From contig CAZNUU010000001.1 of the NCBI GenBank assembly GCA_964576615.1, forward strand, positions 164,226-228,225: a stretch of 64,000 nucleotides of DNA, in the 5' to 3' direction. Every line of letters begins with the position of its first letter. Positions within the stretch are counted from its first letter, which is position 1. This DNA comes from an uncultured Candidatus Saccharibacteria bacterium (lineage in GTDB: Bacteria > Patescibacteriota > Minisyncoccia > Phycocordibacterales > DATDWN01). The translations under genes and the position numbers were made by a program. A model generated the notes under the pieces. The model was not told the origin of the DNA, made no database searches, and saw only the letters and a program-made list of their open reading frames with translations. This document shows, piece after piece, positions 18,054-27,927 of the stretch.

Positions 18054-18896
18054 TTATTTCATTTTATAAAAAAGTTTATTGCCAAAACGGAGATCAATAT
18101 AATCTACTGAATCTAAACTATCAGTGAGAGGCTTGGTTTTAAGTAAGGCAGAAAGATTTTGGTAAGTCTCCTCGAGAGGATTTTTTGTATCAAAATAAAT
18201 TTTTAGACCTTTCTGTAAAATTATGGAAAATTGACTATCACTATCGGCTACTAGATAAAGAGGATGAAGATTGAGTGCTTTTATTGAATCGATAAATCCA
18301 GAAATTGCGGCAAACTCAGTACTGGATGAAATATATTCTTTACCTAGAGGATCGCCTGAGACCAACCCGTAGTATTTAAAATAAGCATCACCTGAAAAAA
18401 GAGGGGCTTCCGCAAATACAGTACTGTTTTGGTCTAGAAAATAACATTTCTCTGAATCTTGATAAGTCAGATCGCCGACTATGGCAGGTGGTTTGTCACA
18501 CCAAATAGCATAAGGACTTCTTTCCTTTATAGAAATCTGTAAGGTATGAAAGTCCTTAAGCTGCATGTCTAATGTATCTATTCGTTTGAACTGATCCTTC
18601 AGGTAACTTTCTAGCTTTTTTCTAGGTAACCAGAGTACATTGTTTTTTGGAAATAAATATAAATACGAACCGCTTAAAAAAGAAAGACTTTTGTCACTTA
18701 CCTCCTCTTCGGTCACCAATACTCCTCCGCTTAGTTCAACCTTTGAGAGACAAAACCCTGGTCGATGCGCTGCATATGAAGCCGCAGCTATTAAAAGAAC
18801 CAGTACTATAATTAGAATCAAATACCTTAGCCTTCTTTGATTTCTCTTTTTTTTCAGATACGCCTCGCGTAAAGGCAGAGAACTGGTAGTTATCAT
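18054..18896 (-). CDS. FtsQ/DivIB-like cell-division protein (POTRA domain).
   Basis: Cytoplasmic basic N-terminus, single TM, then LSKVELSGGVLVTEEEV...ISIKERSPYAIW typical of FtsQ POTRA. Confidence 0.5.
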   Translation of the reverse strand: MITTSSLPLREAYLKKKRNQRRLRYLILIIVLVLLIAAASYAAHRPGFCLSKVELSGGVLVTEEEVSDKSLSFLSGSYLYLFPKNNVLWLPRKKLESYLKDQFKRIDTLDMQLKDFHTLQISIKERSPYAIWCDKPPAIVGDLTYQDSEKCYFLDQNSTVFAEAPLFSGDAYFKYYGLVSGDPLGKEYISSSTEFAAISGFIDSIKALNLHPLYLVADSDSQFSIILQKGLKIYFDTKNPLEETYQNLSALLKTKPLTDSLDSVDYIDLRFGNKLFYKMK

Positions 18897-20161
18897 TTTG
18901 AAATAACTTTTTTACCGTTCATATAAGGCTGTAGCACTTCCGGAATTTTTATCGATCCATCGGCCTGCTGATAATTTTCAACAATCATAATAAGTGGACG
19001 ACCTGAGAGGGCGGTATTGTTTAAGGAGTGAACAAATTTTAACTTACCATCTGTATCGCGGTAACGAATATTTAGTCTTCTGGTCTGAAAATCGTGAAAG
19101 TAAGAAGCTGATCCTGTTTCTCGGTAGGTGTTTTCCGAAGGCAGCCAGGCTTCAATGTCATATTTTTTCACCTGTCCTAGTCCTAAGTCCCCAGCGCAAT
19201 TTATGACTACATGGTAAGGGAGACCAAGAGCCTCGGTAAATTCTTCTGCGTTCTTTTGTATTTCTTCGTGAAATTTTACCGACTCTTCGTGAGATGCTTC
19301 ACATAAAACAACCTGTTCAAATTTATAAAATTCGTGAACCCTAAGAATTCCTCTGGTATCTTTACCGTGGGCGCCGGCTTCTCGTCTGTACGCTTCGGAA
19401 AAAGAGAAAAACTTCATTGGCAAATCTTTTTTTTCTAAAATCTCATCCATGAAGTACCCCATGGTTGCTACTTCCGCCGTTCCAGATAGGTATTCTCCAT
19501 CTTGAGTTCTATACAAATCTTCCTCACCCTGAGGCAAATATCCTGTACCTAATAAAAGTTCCCGCTTAAGAAGTGTGGGTACGATCATTGGCACAAAACC
19601 ACCTTTTTTTTCAAAAAAATCCTGAGCGAATCGCCAGAGCGCAAACTGAAGCCTGGCTCCATCACCTTTTAGAAAATACCCTCTGAATCCTGAGACCTTT
19701 ACCCCTCGTTCTAAATCGAGCATGTCGAGGTTGGTCATGAGCTCAATATGATCCTTGGGTTTAAAATCAAACCCGGGAATCTCTCCCCACTTCTTTACCT
19801 CCTTGTTATCTTTATCATCAACCCCTTCTGGCACCGAGACATCCGGAATATTCGGCACAGAAATCATGAGTCTTTGCCAATCGTGCATTATCTCCTTCAG
19901 TTTTTCCTCTTCTTTTTGTAATTCGTCTTTGACCACCTTCATCTCTGCAATCATTTGAGATTTTTTGTCTTTCTCAGGAGTCTTGACTATCTTGTCGTTA
20001 AAATCGTTCTGTTCGGCTCTTTTTTTCTCAATAACTGCTATGAGTTCCCTTCTTTTATCATCCACTAGGATAAGATCATCAACATTAAAATCAAGGTGCT
20101 TCTTCTGGGCAGCCATTTTAATTAGATCCTTGTTTTCCCGAATGAATTTAATATCCAGCAT
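18893..20161 (-). CDS. serS: seryl-tRNA synthetase (start at MLDIKFIREN).
   Basis: N-terminal coiled coil, class II motifs, and ...HSLNNTALSGRPLIMIVENYQ at the C-terminus. Confidence 0.9.
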   Translation of the reverse strand: MLDIKFIRENKDLIKMAAQKKHLDFNVDDLILVDDKRRELIAVIEKKRAEQNDFNDKIVKTPEKDKKSQMIAEMKVVKDELQKEEEKLKEIMHDWQRLMISVPNIPDVSVPEGVDDKDNKEVKKWGEIPGFDFKPKDHIELMTNLDMLDLERGVKVSGFRGYFLKGDGARLQFALWRFAQDFFEKKGGFVPMIVPTLLKRELLLGTGYLPQGEEDLYRTQDGEYLSGTAEVATMGYFMDEILEKKDLPMKFFSFSEAYRREAGAHGKDTRGILRVHEFYKFEQVVLCEASHEESVKFHEEIQKNAEEFTEALGLPYHVVINCAGDLGLGQVKKYDIEAWLPSENTYRETGSASYFHDFQTRRLNIRYRDTDGKLKFVHSLNNTALSGRPLIMIVENYQQADGSIKIPEVLQPYMNGKKVISK

Positions 20162-20196
20162 AATATTAGTGTAACAAAATAGACACAAAATGGAAC

Positions 20197-20218
20197 GGCG
20201 GGCCCCGTAGGACCCGCC
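20197..20218 (-). terminator. hairpin terminator after the GC-rich small gene.
   Basis: GGCGGGTCC-tacg-GGGCCCGCC on the minus strand, followed by a T-rich run. Confidence 0.5.
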
Positions 20219-20227
20219 AAATTACTC

Positions 20228-20485
20228 TTACGTTGTGACTGCCATGTCGCGAGAGGCCGGCCGCAGGCACTTTTCCGCTTCATACGCAAGGACGAAGTAG
20301 CTGAGATCGCCCAGCCTCACCTTCACCATCTCGCGATGTTTCCTGATGCCTTCCACCTGCATCCGCTGGATCTCCCCGTCGGTTACGACCGAGGTCTTGG
20401 CTGGGAGAGACCCCAGCTTTCGAAGTCCGCTCCCCGTGATTTCGCTGAAGTAGTTCAGTCTCCGGCTGATCTGCATTTGTTGCAT
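20228..20485 (-). CDS. small hypothetical protein in a GC-rich islet (start probably at MQQMQISRR).
   Basis: GC-rich ORF; the listed 112-aa ORF extends into a low-GC N-terminal artefact. Confidence 0.3.
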   Translation of the reverse strand: MQQMQISRRLNYFSEITGSGLRKLGSLPAKTSVVTDGEIQRMQVEGIRKHREMVKVRLGDLSYFVLAYEAEKCLRPASRDMAVTT

Positions 20486-20560
20486 ATGCCCTCCAGATAT
20501 TACCTTACATCCTGGCTTGGAGACTGTCAAAACAAGTTTTATTATTGTTAGAATAATAGT

Positions 20561-21412
20561 ATGCAAATTCGTGACCTTCCTAAAAAAGACTGGCCGAAGC
20601 TACTCCTGCAAATAAACGACCCACCTAAGTCTCTGCGAATCATTGGTGAGTTACCAAAGACAGAAAAGTATCTGGCTGTAGTCGGTTCTAGAAAGTACAG
20701 TGAATACGGCAAGGCTGTTTGTGACAAGTTGATTGAGGGGCTGCGTGGTTACTCTATTACTATAGTCTCCGGCCTGGCTCTTGGCATGGATGCGATCGCT
20801 CATCGTGCAGCACTACGAGTGGGGTTACCAACAGTCGGAGTACCTGGCTCAGGTCTTTCCGAGAAAGTTTTATATCCCTCCACCAATCGAAATTTAGCAA
20901 AAGAGATACTAGAAAAAAGCGGGGCGTTAATTTCCGAATTCCCTGATGATTTTAAGGCTACTCCATACAGTTTCCCTCAAAGAAACAGAATCATGGCTGG
21001 AATGTCTCATGCCTCACTTATAGTAGAAGCTGCTCTCCAGTCTGGAACATTGATTACGTCTAAATTTGCAACTGAATATAACCGAGATGTTTTTACCGTG
21101 CCTAATTCTATTTTTTCCAAAACCGGCGAAGGTCCTCATATGTTGCTACGTCTTGGTGCTACACCAATCACCCAACCCGAAGACATTGTTACAGCTCTGG
21201 GATTGGAGTTAAAAGATATAAAAACAAAGAAAGATTACAAAGATTGTTCAAGTGATGAATTAGAAGTTATAAATTTACTGGAAGAACCGATGGAAAGAAA
21301 CGAAATCATAAGGCGACTCGGTAAACCAATCTACGCAACCCAAACTATTTTGGCCACGATGGAAATAAAAGGACTTATTGAGGAAGTAATGGGTGAGATT
21401 CATTTAAAGTGA
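20561..21412 (+). CDS. dprA: DNA-processing protein DprA (Smf).
   Basis: Rossmann-like core with VVGSRKYSEYGKAV...IVSGLALGMDAIAHRAAL. Confidence 0.85.
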   Translation: MQIRDLPKKDWPKLLLQINDPPKSLRIIGELPKTEKYLAVVGSRKYSEYGKAVCDKLIEGLRGYSITIVSGLALGMDAIAHRAALRVGLPTVGVPGSGLSEKVLYPSTNRNLAKEILEKSGALISEFPDDFKATPYSFPQRNRIMAGMSHASLIVEAALQSGTLITSKFATEYNRDVFTVPNSIFSKTGEGPHMLLRLGATPITQPEDIVTALGLELKDIKTKKDYKDCSSDELEVINLLEEPMERNEIIRRLGKPIYATQTILATMEIKGLIEEVMGEIHLK

Positions 21413-21429
21413 AGATCGTGCTATCGTGT

Positions 21430-21731
21430 AAAAGGAGGGCAGATTCATGACCGTGATGGAAAGAACGCCGGCATTCGAAATCTCCGAGGCAGGGACGTTA
21501 ATTGCGACGGAACACTAAGTCGATGCGGGAACCCGAGTCCCCATCGGCAGCAAAAGACGCGCTCGCTACCACGGGCACAGTGTCTCGGTCATTCAGATCG
21601 AGCACGCGAACGAGCAGTTGTATCTCATCGACGACCCGGCGTTTCTGGAACACGTCCAGGAAGAAGCCGACGGCAGAATCGCATCGTAAGTACACCAAAG
21701 GGCTTGGCACCGTGCCGAGCCCTTTTGATTT
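21430..21731 (+). other. GC-rich ~300-bp insertion between dprA and topA, ending in an intrinsic terminator.
   Basis: Composition jumps to GC-rich. Terminator GGGCTTGGC-accgt-GCCGAGCCC plus TTTTGATTT at 21700-21731. Only short overlapping ORFs. Confidence 0.4.
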
Positions 21732-21774
21732 AACAAATTGGACAAAAGAATTTATTTGCTGTACTAATTAAGGA

Positions 21775-23970
21775 ATGTCAAAACTTTTGATCGTCGAATC
21801 TCCAGCAAAAGCAAAAACAATTTCAAAATATCTGGATGGCAAGTACGAAGTTGTAGCGAGTGTCGGACATATTCGGGATTTACCAAAATCAAATAAAAAA
21901 GCCATCGATATCGAAGGTGGTTTTATTCCTCACTACGAAATTACTAAAGGCAAAGAAAAAGTAGTAAACCAGATAAAGGAAAAAGCCGATGAAGCAGACG
22001 AAGTCCTGCTTGCAACTGACCCTGATCGCGAAGGAGAAGCTATTGCTTGGCATGTGGCACAGGCGACTGGCCTTAAAAAACCCAGAAGGGTTGTTTTTTA
22101 CGAGATTACAAAGGATGCAGTGAAGGATGCAATTGAACACCCTCGCGATATTGATATGGACTTGAAGCGAGCTCAGGAAGCTAGGCGCGTGCTAGACAGA
22201 CTGGTGGGTTATGACCTCTCTGGCCTCATCTGGAAGAAAGTTCGTTATGGTCTCTCTGCAGGAAGAGTTCAGTCCCCAGCTTTACGTATAATAATGGAAC
22301 GCGAGAGAGAAATAAGAGCTTTCAAATCACACCCGTACTGGATTATTTCAGCAGAAGTGGAAGGAGAAAAGAAAATCCCTTTTACTATTGTCTGCGAAGA
22401 GGAGCCAACAGATAAACTGCAAGTTGAAAAAATAATGTCGGCTGCAGAGTCAGGTAATTGGCAGGTAAAAGATATTAAAGAAACAGATGTCAAAAAATCT
22501 CCTCGGCCACCTTTTATTACCTCAACTCTTCAACAAGCTGCATCATCCAGACTAGGATTCTCACCATCGAGGACTATGGGTATTGCTCAGAAACTTTACG
22601 AAGCTGGCTTCATCACCTACATGAGAACTGACTCTGTAAATTTGAGTTCTGTGGCAGTAAACCATATAAAAGAAGTAGTGGAGAAAAAATTCGGCAAAGA
22701 ATTTGTAGAGGTGCGAGCTTATGCAGCAAAAAGTAAAAACGCGCAGGAGGCCCATGAAGCAATAAGACCGACAAACTTTGACCTAGAGAATGCAGGGCAT
22801 AATGATGAACAGAAAAAACTTTATAATCTAATCTGGCGCAGATCCGTCAGCTCCCAAATGAAGGACGCACTAACCCTACGCACCAAAATTACAGCAAACA
22901 TTACAGACGGAAAGGATACTATTCCAGATTTCTCAATAACTGGCTCACAAATAAAATTTCCGGGTTGGTTACTCGGCGACCCGGCTTCCCGAGGTGATGA
23001 TGTAGAGTTACCAAAGGTCTTAGTTAAAGAAAAACTCGATTTGAAGAAAATATGGACAGATGAAAAGCAAACAGAACCCCCAGGCAGATATTCTGAAGCA
23101 GGTCTAATTAAGGAGCTTGAAAAAAGAGACATCGGTCGTCCATCTACATACGCAAGTATCATAAAGACTCTGGAAGACCGGGGTTACGTAGAAAAAGTAA
23201 ACAAATCTCTCGTACCAACAGACACTGGTGATGTGGTCTCGAGTTTTCTAGAAGAACACTTCTCTAACTACATTTCTGATAGTTTCACCGCTGAAATGGA
23301 AGATGAACTTGACCTAATTGCGGATGGCAAGGCGGATTATGTAAAAATACTTAGCACTTTCTATAAACCATTCCTGAAAGATGTTAAAAGCAAAGACAAA
23401 TTAGACAAAGTAACAAATCTAGGGGATGCACCACCAGAATTTAAATGTCCGGTATGTGGTAGTCCGATGATCATAAAGCTTTCGCGGGGTGGAAAATTTC
23501 TTTCTTGCTCTAGATACCCAGATTGCGAGGGTTCCCTAACTATAGATGGCAAGGAGATTAAAAAAGAAGAACCGATTGGCACTGATCCTGAATCTGGATT
23601 ACCTATCTATATAATGATCGGCAGATTCGGACCATACGTTCAACTTGGTGAAAAGGTCAAAGGCAAAGGATCTAAAAAAGCACCGAAGCCAAAGATGGCG
23701 AGTATTCCAAAAGAAAAAGATCCTTCTACAGTTACTCTTGAAGATGCTTTGAAATATTTGTCTCTACCACGTATATTGGGAGTTCATCCTGATACCGGCG
23801 AAACTATTACAGCAAACGTGGGACGTTTTGGACCATACATTGTTCACCAAAAAGATTTTAGATCTCTAAAACAGGACGATGTTTATAAAATTGAACTGCC
23901 ACGGGCCCTAGAAATACTGAAAGAAGAGAAAAAAAAGCGTGGTTGGGCAAAGAAGAAAGAAACTAAATAA
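21775..23970 (+). CDS. topA: DNA topoisomerase I.
   Basis: TOPRIM LLIVESPAKAKTISKYL, active-site region, and C-terminal zinc ribbons CPVCGSPMIIKLSRGGKFLSCSRYPDC. Confidence 0.9.
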   Translation: MSKLLIVESPAKAKTISKYLDGKYEVVASVGHIRDLPKSNKKAIDIEGGFIPHYEITKGKEKVVNQIKEKADEADEVLLATDPDREGEAIAWHVAQATGLKKPRRVVFYEITKDAVKDAIEHPRDIDMDLKRAQEARRVLDRLVGYDLSGLIWKKVRYGLSAGRVQSPALRIIMEREREIRAFKSHPYWIISAEVEGEKKIPFTIVCEEEPTDKLQVEKIMSAAESGNWQVKDIKETDVKKSPRPPFITSTLQQAASSRLGFSPSRTMGIAQKLYEAGFITYMRTDSVNLSSVAVNHIKEVVEKKFGKEFVEVRAYAAKSKNAQEAHEAIRPTNFDLENAGHNDEQKKLYNLIWRRSVSSQMKDALTLRTKITANITDGKDTIPDFSITGSQIKFPGWLLGDPASRGDDVELPKVLVKEKLDLKKIWTDEKQTEPPGRYSEAGLIKELEKRDIGRPSTYASIIKTLEDRGYVEKVNKSLVPTDTGDVVSSFLEEHFSNYISDSFTAEMEDELDLIADGKADYVKILSTFYKPFLKDVKSKDKLDKVTNLGDAPPEFKCPVCGSPMIIKLSRGGKFLSCSRYPDCEGSLTIDGKEIKKEEPIGTDPESGLPIYIMIGRFGPYVQLGEKVKGKGSKKAPKPKMASIPKEKDPSTVTLEDALKYLSLPRILGVHPDTGETITANVGRFGPYIVHQKDFRSLKQDDVYKIELPRALEILKEEKKKRGWAKKKETK

Positions 23971-24000
23971 CAAAAGGGTCCTGAAGGATGGTTCAGAACC

Positions 24001-24291
24001 CTACTGGCGGCCAACTTTCAAAAGTTCGACACCGCAGATCGGACAGAACGGCCAGGAAAACTCAACCGCGACGAGATGTTCGTCAATTTCCTTTTCGGTT
24101 TCCCCTTCCGCCAGGTTGTGCCAGGTCGGACACCACCTCTTGCGTGCTTGCTCCAGAGTCGCATACCCTTCTGCATTTAGAGCCAGGATACTGAATCCCC
24201 CATTGCTCTTACCGCAATGCATACAGAAGGGACACCAATTCTCGAGCAAGTGTTCACAATGAGGACAGGTCGGAGACCTCATAGCCCTCAT
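24001..24291 (-). CDS. small zinc-ribbon protein (multiple CxxC) in a GC-rich islet.
   Basis: From MRAMRSPTCPHCEHLLENWCPFCMHCG...WPFCPICG; GC-rich. Confidence 0.35.
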   Translation of the reverse strand: MRAMRSPTCPHCEHLLENWCPFCMHCGKSNGGFSILALNAEGYATLEQARKRWCPTWHNLAEGETEKEIDEHLVAVEFSWPFCPICGVELLKVGRQ

Positions 24292-24395
24292 TGCTCCCTC
24301 GAGCTGTTTTTTGGTCAGTCTCAAATAAACCTCCGGTCTCAGATTAGCATGAAAAAATAATAGCAGAAAGTCCCGGCAGACCTTCTGCTCGGGAC

Positions 24396-24671
24396 CTAAT
24401 GAGTGGTATCGAGAACGACCTTGATTGGAGGCTGTGTGACGACGCCATCCTTGATGTACTTCACACATTCCTGCGGAAGTTGCCCTCCTTGAAGGCACGG
24501 GTTGAGAAACTTCCTCAACTCATCAGGGTAGACGAGCCCATCAGGCTTGCCGAGTGCCTGATAGGTGACATCAGAGTAGTGCTTGGGTGTGAGTCCCATC
24601 GCAACCTGAAAAACGAGGAGAAACGCAATGCCAATCACGAAACCAACAACCGCCGAAGCCATTCTGTTCAC
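24396..24671 (-). CDS. small membrane-anchored hypothetical protein in the same GC-rich islet.
   Basis: N-terminal TM (VVGFVIGIAFLLVFQVAMG) and a C-terminal Cys pair; an overlapping plus-strand ORF is the alternative reading. Confidence 0.3.
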   Translation of the reverse strand: MNRMASAVVGFVIGIAFLLVFQVAMGLTPKHYSDVTYQALGKPDGLVYPDELRKFLNPCLQGGQLPQECVKYIKDGVVTQPPIKVVLDTTH

Positions 24672-24782
24672 ACGACCTCCTCACGGCCACTAATCCTTGG
24701 CCAAGTCTTAAATTAGACTACATTAAAAAACAGTCTTGTCAAGAATTAATTGAAGATAGTTTCAATATATAATTAGCATTTT

Positions 24783-26231
24783 ATGAACGACATCTCCCAG
24801 ATAATAAGTCTCATGCAAAACCCTTCTGCCAAAGATATAGCTTTGGTTGAAAAAGCCTATGACTTTGCAAACCGAATTCACGAGGGACACAAGAGAAATA
24901 ACGGTGACCCGTACTTTACTCACCTATTTGAAACAGCTAAGAACATCGCTTCCCTTGGCATGGGAGCAAGCACAATTGCAGCTGGCTTTTTACATGACTC
25001 AATAGAAGATATGAAGGTTACCCCAGAGGAGATCGGAAAAGAATTTGGTAAAGAAATATTATTTTTGGCCGAGGGTGTGACAAAACTTGGAAAAATAAGG
25101 TATCGGGGCACAAATCGATATAACGAAAGCTTACGAAAACTATTTGTTGCAATGTCTCAGGATATTCGGGTTTTAATAATTAAACTCTGTGATCGTCTTC
25201 ACAACATGCAGACACTGGAATACGTGCCCAAAGAAAAGCAACTTCGTATTGCAAAAGAAACACTTGAGATTTATGCCCCTATCGCTTATCGATTGGGAAT
25301 CAAAAAACTCCAACGGGATTTGGAGGACTTAGCCTTCGCTTATGTTTATCCAAAGGAATACGAAGAGATCAAAAAAATATTAAAGAAAAAGAAAAAGGAG
25401 GTCGAAAAACATTTGGATAAGTCACAAAAGTATCTAAAAAGAGCTTTGGCCGAGCATAGCGTAACAAAATTTAGAATGGATTATCGAGTTAAGAGTATGT
25501 ACTCGCTCTACAAAAAAATCCAGAAATACAAAGGGGATGTGGAAGCAATTTACGATATTTCCGCCCTCCGAATAATGGTCCAAACCATTCCAGAGTGTTA
25601 TAGAGTTTTAGGCATTGTTCATGGTATCTGGAAACCTCTACCGGAAAGAATAAAGGATTATATTGCTTCGCCTAAACTAAACGGTTATCGCTCAATTCAC
25701 ACCACAGTTTTTACCGGAGATGGAAGTATAATTGAGGTCCAGATCAGGACGGAAGAAATGAACAAAGAAGCAGAGTATGGTATCGCCTCCCATATCTCTT
25801 ACAAAGAAGGCAAAGATAGTCCAAGTATTCAGTGGATAAATAAAATACTGCCTAAAAAAAGCGAAGCGCCAAGTTGGGTAAAAGAATTAGTGGAGTTTCA
25901 GAAAAATGCTGGAGACAATTTTGTGGAAGAAATTAAATCTGATTTTTTTGAAGAAAGAATATTCGTATTTACCCCAATTGGAGACGTTATTGATTTGCCC
26001 AAAGGCTCATCGGTGATCGATTTTGCATTCGCCATCCACACAGATATTGGAAGCCATATGTCCGGAGCAAAAATAAATGGCAAAATGGTCGCTATTACTA
26101 GCCAACTTAAAAATGGAGATAGAGTTGAGATTGAAACCAAAAAGACTGCAAAACCAAGTCAGAAGTGGTTGGAGTTTTGTAAAACAACCCTGGCAAAGCG
26201 GAGAATCAACCACGCCCTCGGTGTCAAATAG
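24783..26231 (+). CDS. rel: (p)ppGpp synthetase/hydrolase RSH (Rel/SpoT homolog), short form without an ACT domain.
   Basis: HD domain (H...FLHDSIED), synthetase domain (GYRSIHTTV) and TGS domain (IFVFTPIGDVIDLPKGSSVIDFA). Confidence 0.85.
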   Translation: MNDISQIISLMQNPSAKDIALVEKAYDFANRIHEGHKRNNGDPYFTHLFETAKNIASLGMGASTIAAGFLHDSIEDMKVTPEEIGKEFGKEILFLAEGVTKLGKIRYRGTNRYNESLRKLFVAMSQDIRVLIIKLCDRLHNMQTLEYVPKEKQLRIAKETLEIYAPIAYRLGIKKLQRDLEDLAFAYVYPKEYEEIKKILKKKKKEVEKHLDKSQKYLKRALAEHSVTKFRMDYRVKSMYSLYKKIQKYKGDVEAIYDISALRIMVQTIPECYRVLGIVHGIWKPLPERIKDYIASPKLNGYRSIHTTVFTGDGSIIEVQIRTEEMNKEAEYGIASHISYKEGKDSPSIQWINKILPKKSEAPSWVKELVEFQKNAGDNFVEEIKSDFFEERIFVFTPIGDVIDLPKGSSVIDFAFAIHTDIGSHMSGAKINGKMVAITSQLKNGDRVEIETKKTAKPSQKWLEFCKTTLAKRRINHALGVK

Positions 26232-27258
26232 AAAAATTTTTAACCGAGTAAATATCTTCCTCGGTATTTTCGGCTTTTTCTTTCTCTTCTGGAGTCCTGT
26301 CATCCAAATCTTCTGCGGTCATTGTAGTAGCACGTGAATCATTTACGTAGTTTGGAATATCTTCATTTTTTGGTGGGATAGGATTTTTTTCTATATGTCT
26401 ATCGAGCATTTCGCTGGGAGATTTTAATTTATTTGATTTTATTAAATCCAAAATAGAGTGAAGATCGTCGTTGGAAAAAAAGTCGATTAAAATCTTGCCC
26501 CCATTTTCCCTTTTCTCAATAGAAACTCGAGTACCGAGCGTCTCTGTAAGTTTTTCTTCGAGTTCCTGGGTTTCTGGATCAAGTGTTATACCTTTCTTAC
26601 GGATTTTATCGTAAGCAATTCTTCTGGAAATTGCTTCTGCCTCTCGCACAGTAAGCCTCTTGAACAAAATCTCCTTAAAGAGGGTCATCTGTTCCTCCGG
26701 CCTGTCCCCCAACATCATAAGTGGCCTGGCATGTCCTTCGGAAATCTTTCCTTGAGAGAGTGAATCAAGAATTTCTTTTGGCAACGCGAGAAGACGAACT
26801 GAGTTTGAGACATATTCGCGACTTTTGCCAACTTTTTTACTTATCTCCAAATGTTTAAAACCAAATTCATTTATGAGGCGCTCAAATGCCCTAGCTCTAT
26901 CAACTGGATTTAAATCTTCACGTTGAATGTTTTCAATAATCGCAAGCTCGAGCTTTAGTAAATCATTTCCTTCATCTCCTGTTTTGATAAGAACTGGAAC
27001 CTGAGAGAGTCCGGCTAATTTTGAAGCACGAAGTCTTCTCTCTCCCGCAATTAATTCATATTCCACACCCATACCCCCGTCAGCTCTCTCTACTTCTTTA
27101 CGAGTCACAACTAGAGCTTGAAGAACCCCATACTGCCTGATTGAATCAGCCAGAGACTGAAGTTCTTGTTCATTAAACTCCCTTCTCGGTTGGAAAGGGT
27201 TGGGTACTATTTTATCTACATCAATCCAGAAAATAGAATCGTTATAGAACTGCGACAT
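26224..27258 (-). CDS. parB: ParB/Spo0J-family partition protein with a long acidic C-terminal extension.
   Basis: PNPFQPRREF...LIAGERRLRASKLAG box plus HTH. No parA adjacent; 8-nt convergent overlap with rel. Confidence 0.8.
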   Translation of the reverse strand: MSQFYNDSIFWIDVDKIVPNPFQPRREFNEQELQSLADSIRQYGVLQALVVTRKEVERADGGMGVEYELIAGERRLRASKLAGLSQVPVLIKTGDEGNDLLKLELAIIENIQREDLNPVDRARAFERLINEFGFKHLEISKKVGKSREYVSNSVRLLALPKEILDSLSQGKISEGHARPLMMLGDRPEEQMTLFKEILFKRLTVREAEAISRRIAYDKIRKKGITLDPETQELEEKLTETLGTRVSIEKRENGGKILIDFFSNDDLHSILDLIKSNKLKSPSEMLDRHIEKNPIPPKNEDIPNYVNDSRATTMTAEDLDDRTPEEKEKAENTEEDIYSVKNFSI

Positions 27259-27322
27259 ACAAGTATTTTAACAAATTTTTGACTCTTTAAAAGAGCTATA
27301 GTAGGGTATCTCCGGAGGCTTT

Positions 27323-27862
27323 ATGCCAGAAAACTTGCAGGACCCGACCCCTCCCAAAAAAGAGCGTGGCAACGGAGCGAACGTCATCGCTGTAAATGAG
27401 GTCGGAGGTATTCTCCTCGTCAAACACAACTACGGAGGCGAGCAGTGGGGTCTTCCGGGCGGTGAAATTGAGCGAGGTGAGGCCCCGACTCACGCTGCTT
27501 GTGAAGAGACAGAGGAGGAATCGGGTCTGGTGATTGATCCTCACGATCTCAAACTCATCGGCTGGTTCATCCAGAGACCTAAGGGGGTCGTCTTCCTCTT
27601 CGAGACACGGAAGTACGCCGGGACCGTCATAACAGAACCGAACAACGAAGTCTCAGAGGCTCGCTTTATGAGCCTTAGAGAAATCGTTGACCTTGGCGAG
27701 AAAGTCGGTCTGGCCTATCGAAGAATGATTCTGCGGTATATCCGCTGCATCGAGAGGATCGACCCGATCCCCTACGAAGGACGGCTGGCAGATCCGGTCG
27801 AGTATCCGAAGGATCTTGTCTCGGGCGAGGGAAAGTTCGCCGACATTGTTCACCGAGTCTGA
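27323..27862 (+). CDS. Nudix hydrolase (GC-rich islet) with a non-canonical Nudix box.
   Basis: GGEIERGEAPTHAACEETEEESGL fits GX5EX7REUXEEXGU except that R-E is replaced by E-E. Confidence 0.55.
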   Translation: MPENLQDPTPPKKERGNGANVIAVNEVGGILLVKHNYGGEQWGLPGGEIERGEAPTHAACEETEEESGLVIDPHDLKLIGWFIQRPKGVVFLFETRKYAGTVITEPNNEVSEARFMSLREIVDLGEKVGLAYRRMILRYIRCIERIDPIPYEGRLADPVEYPKDLVSGEGKFADIVHRV

Positions 27863-27927
27863 AAAAGGGGGCCAGAGATGGCCTCCTTTCGCTTGTAAAA
27901 AATAAAATAAAAAATTAAGATAAAAAT

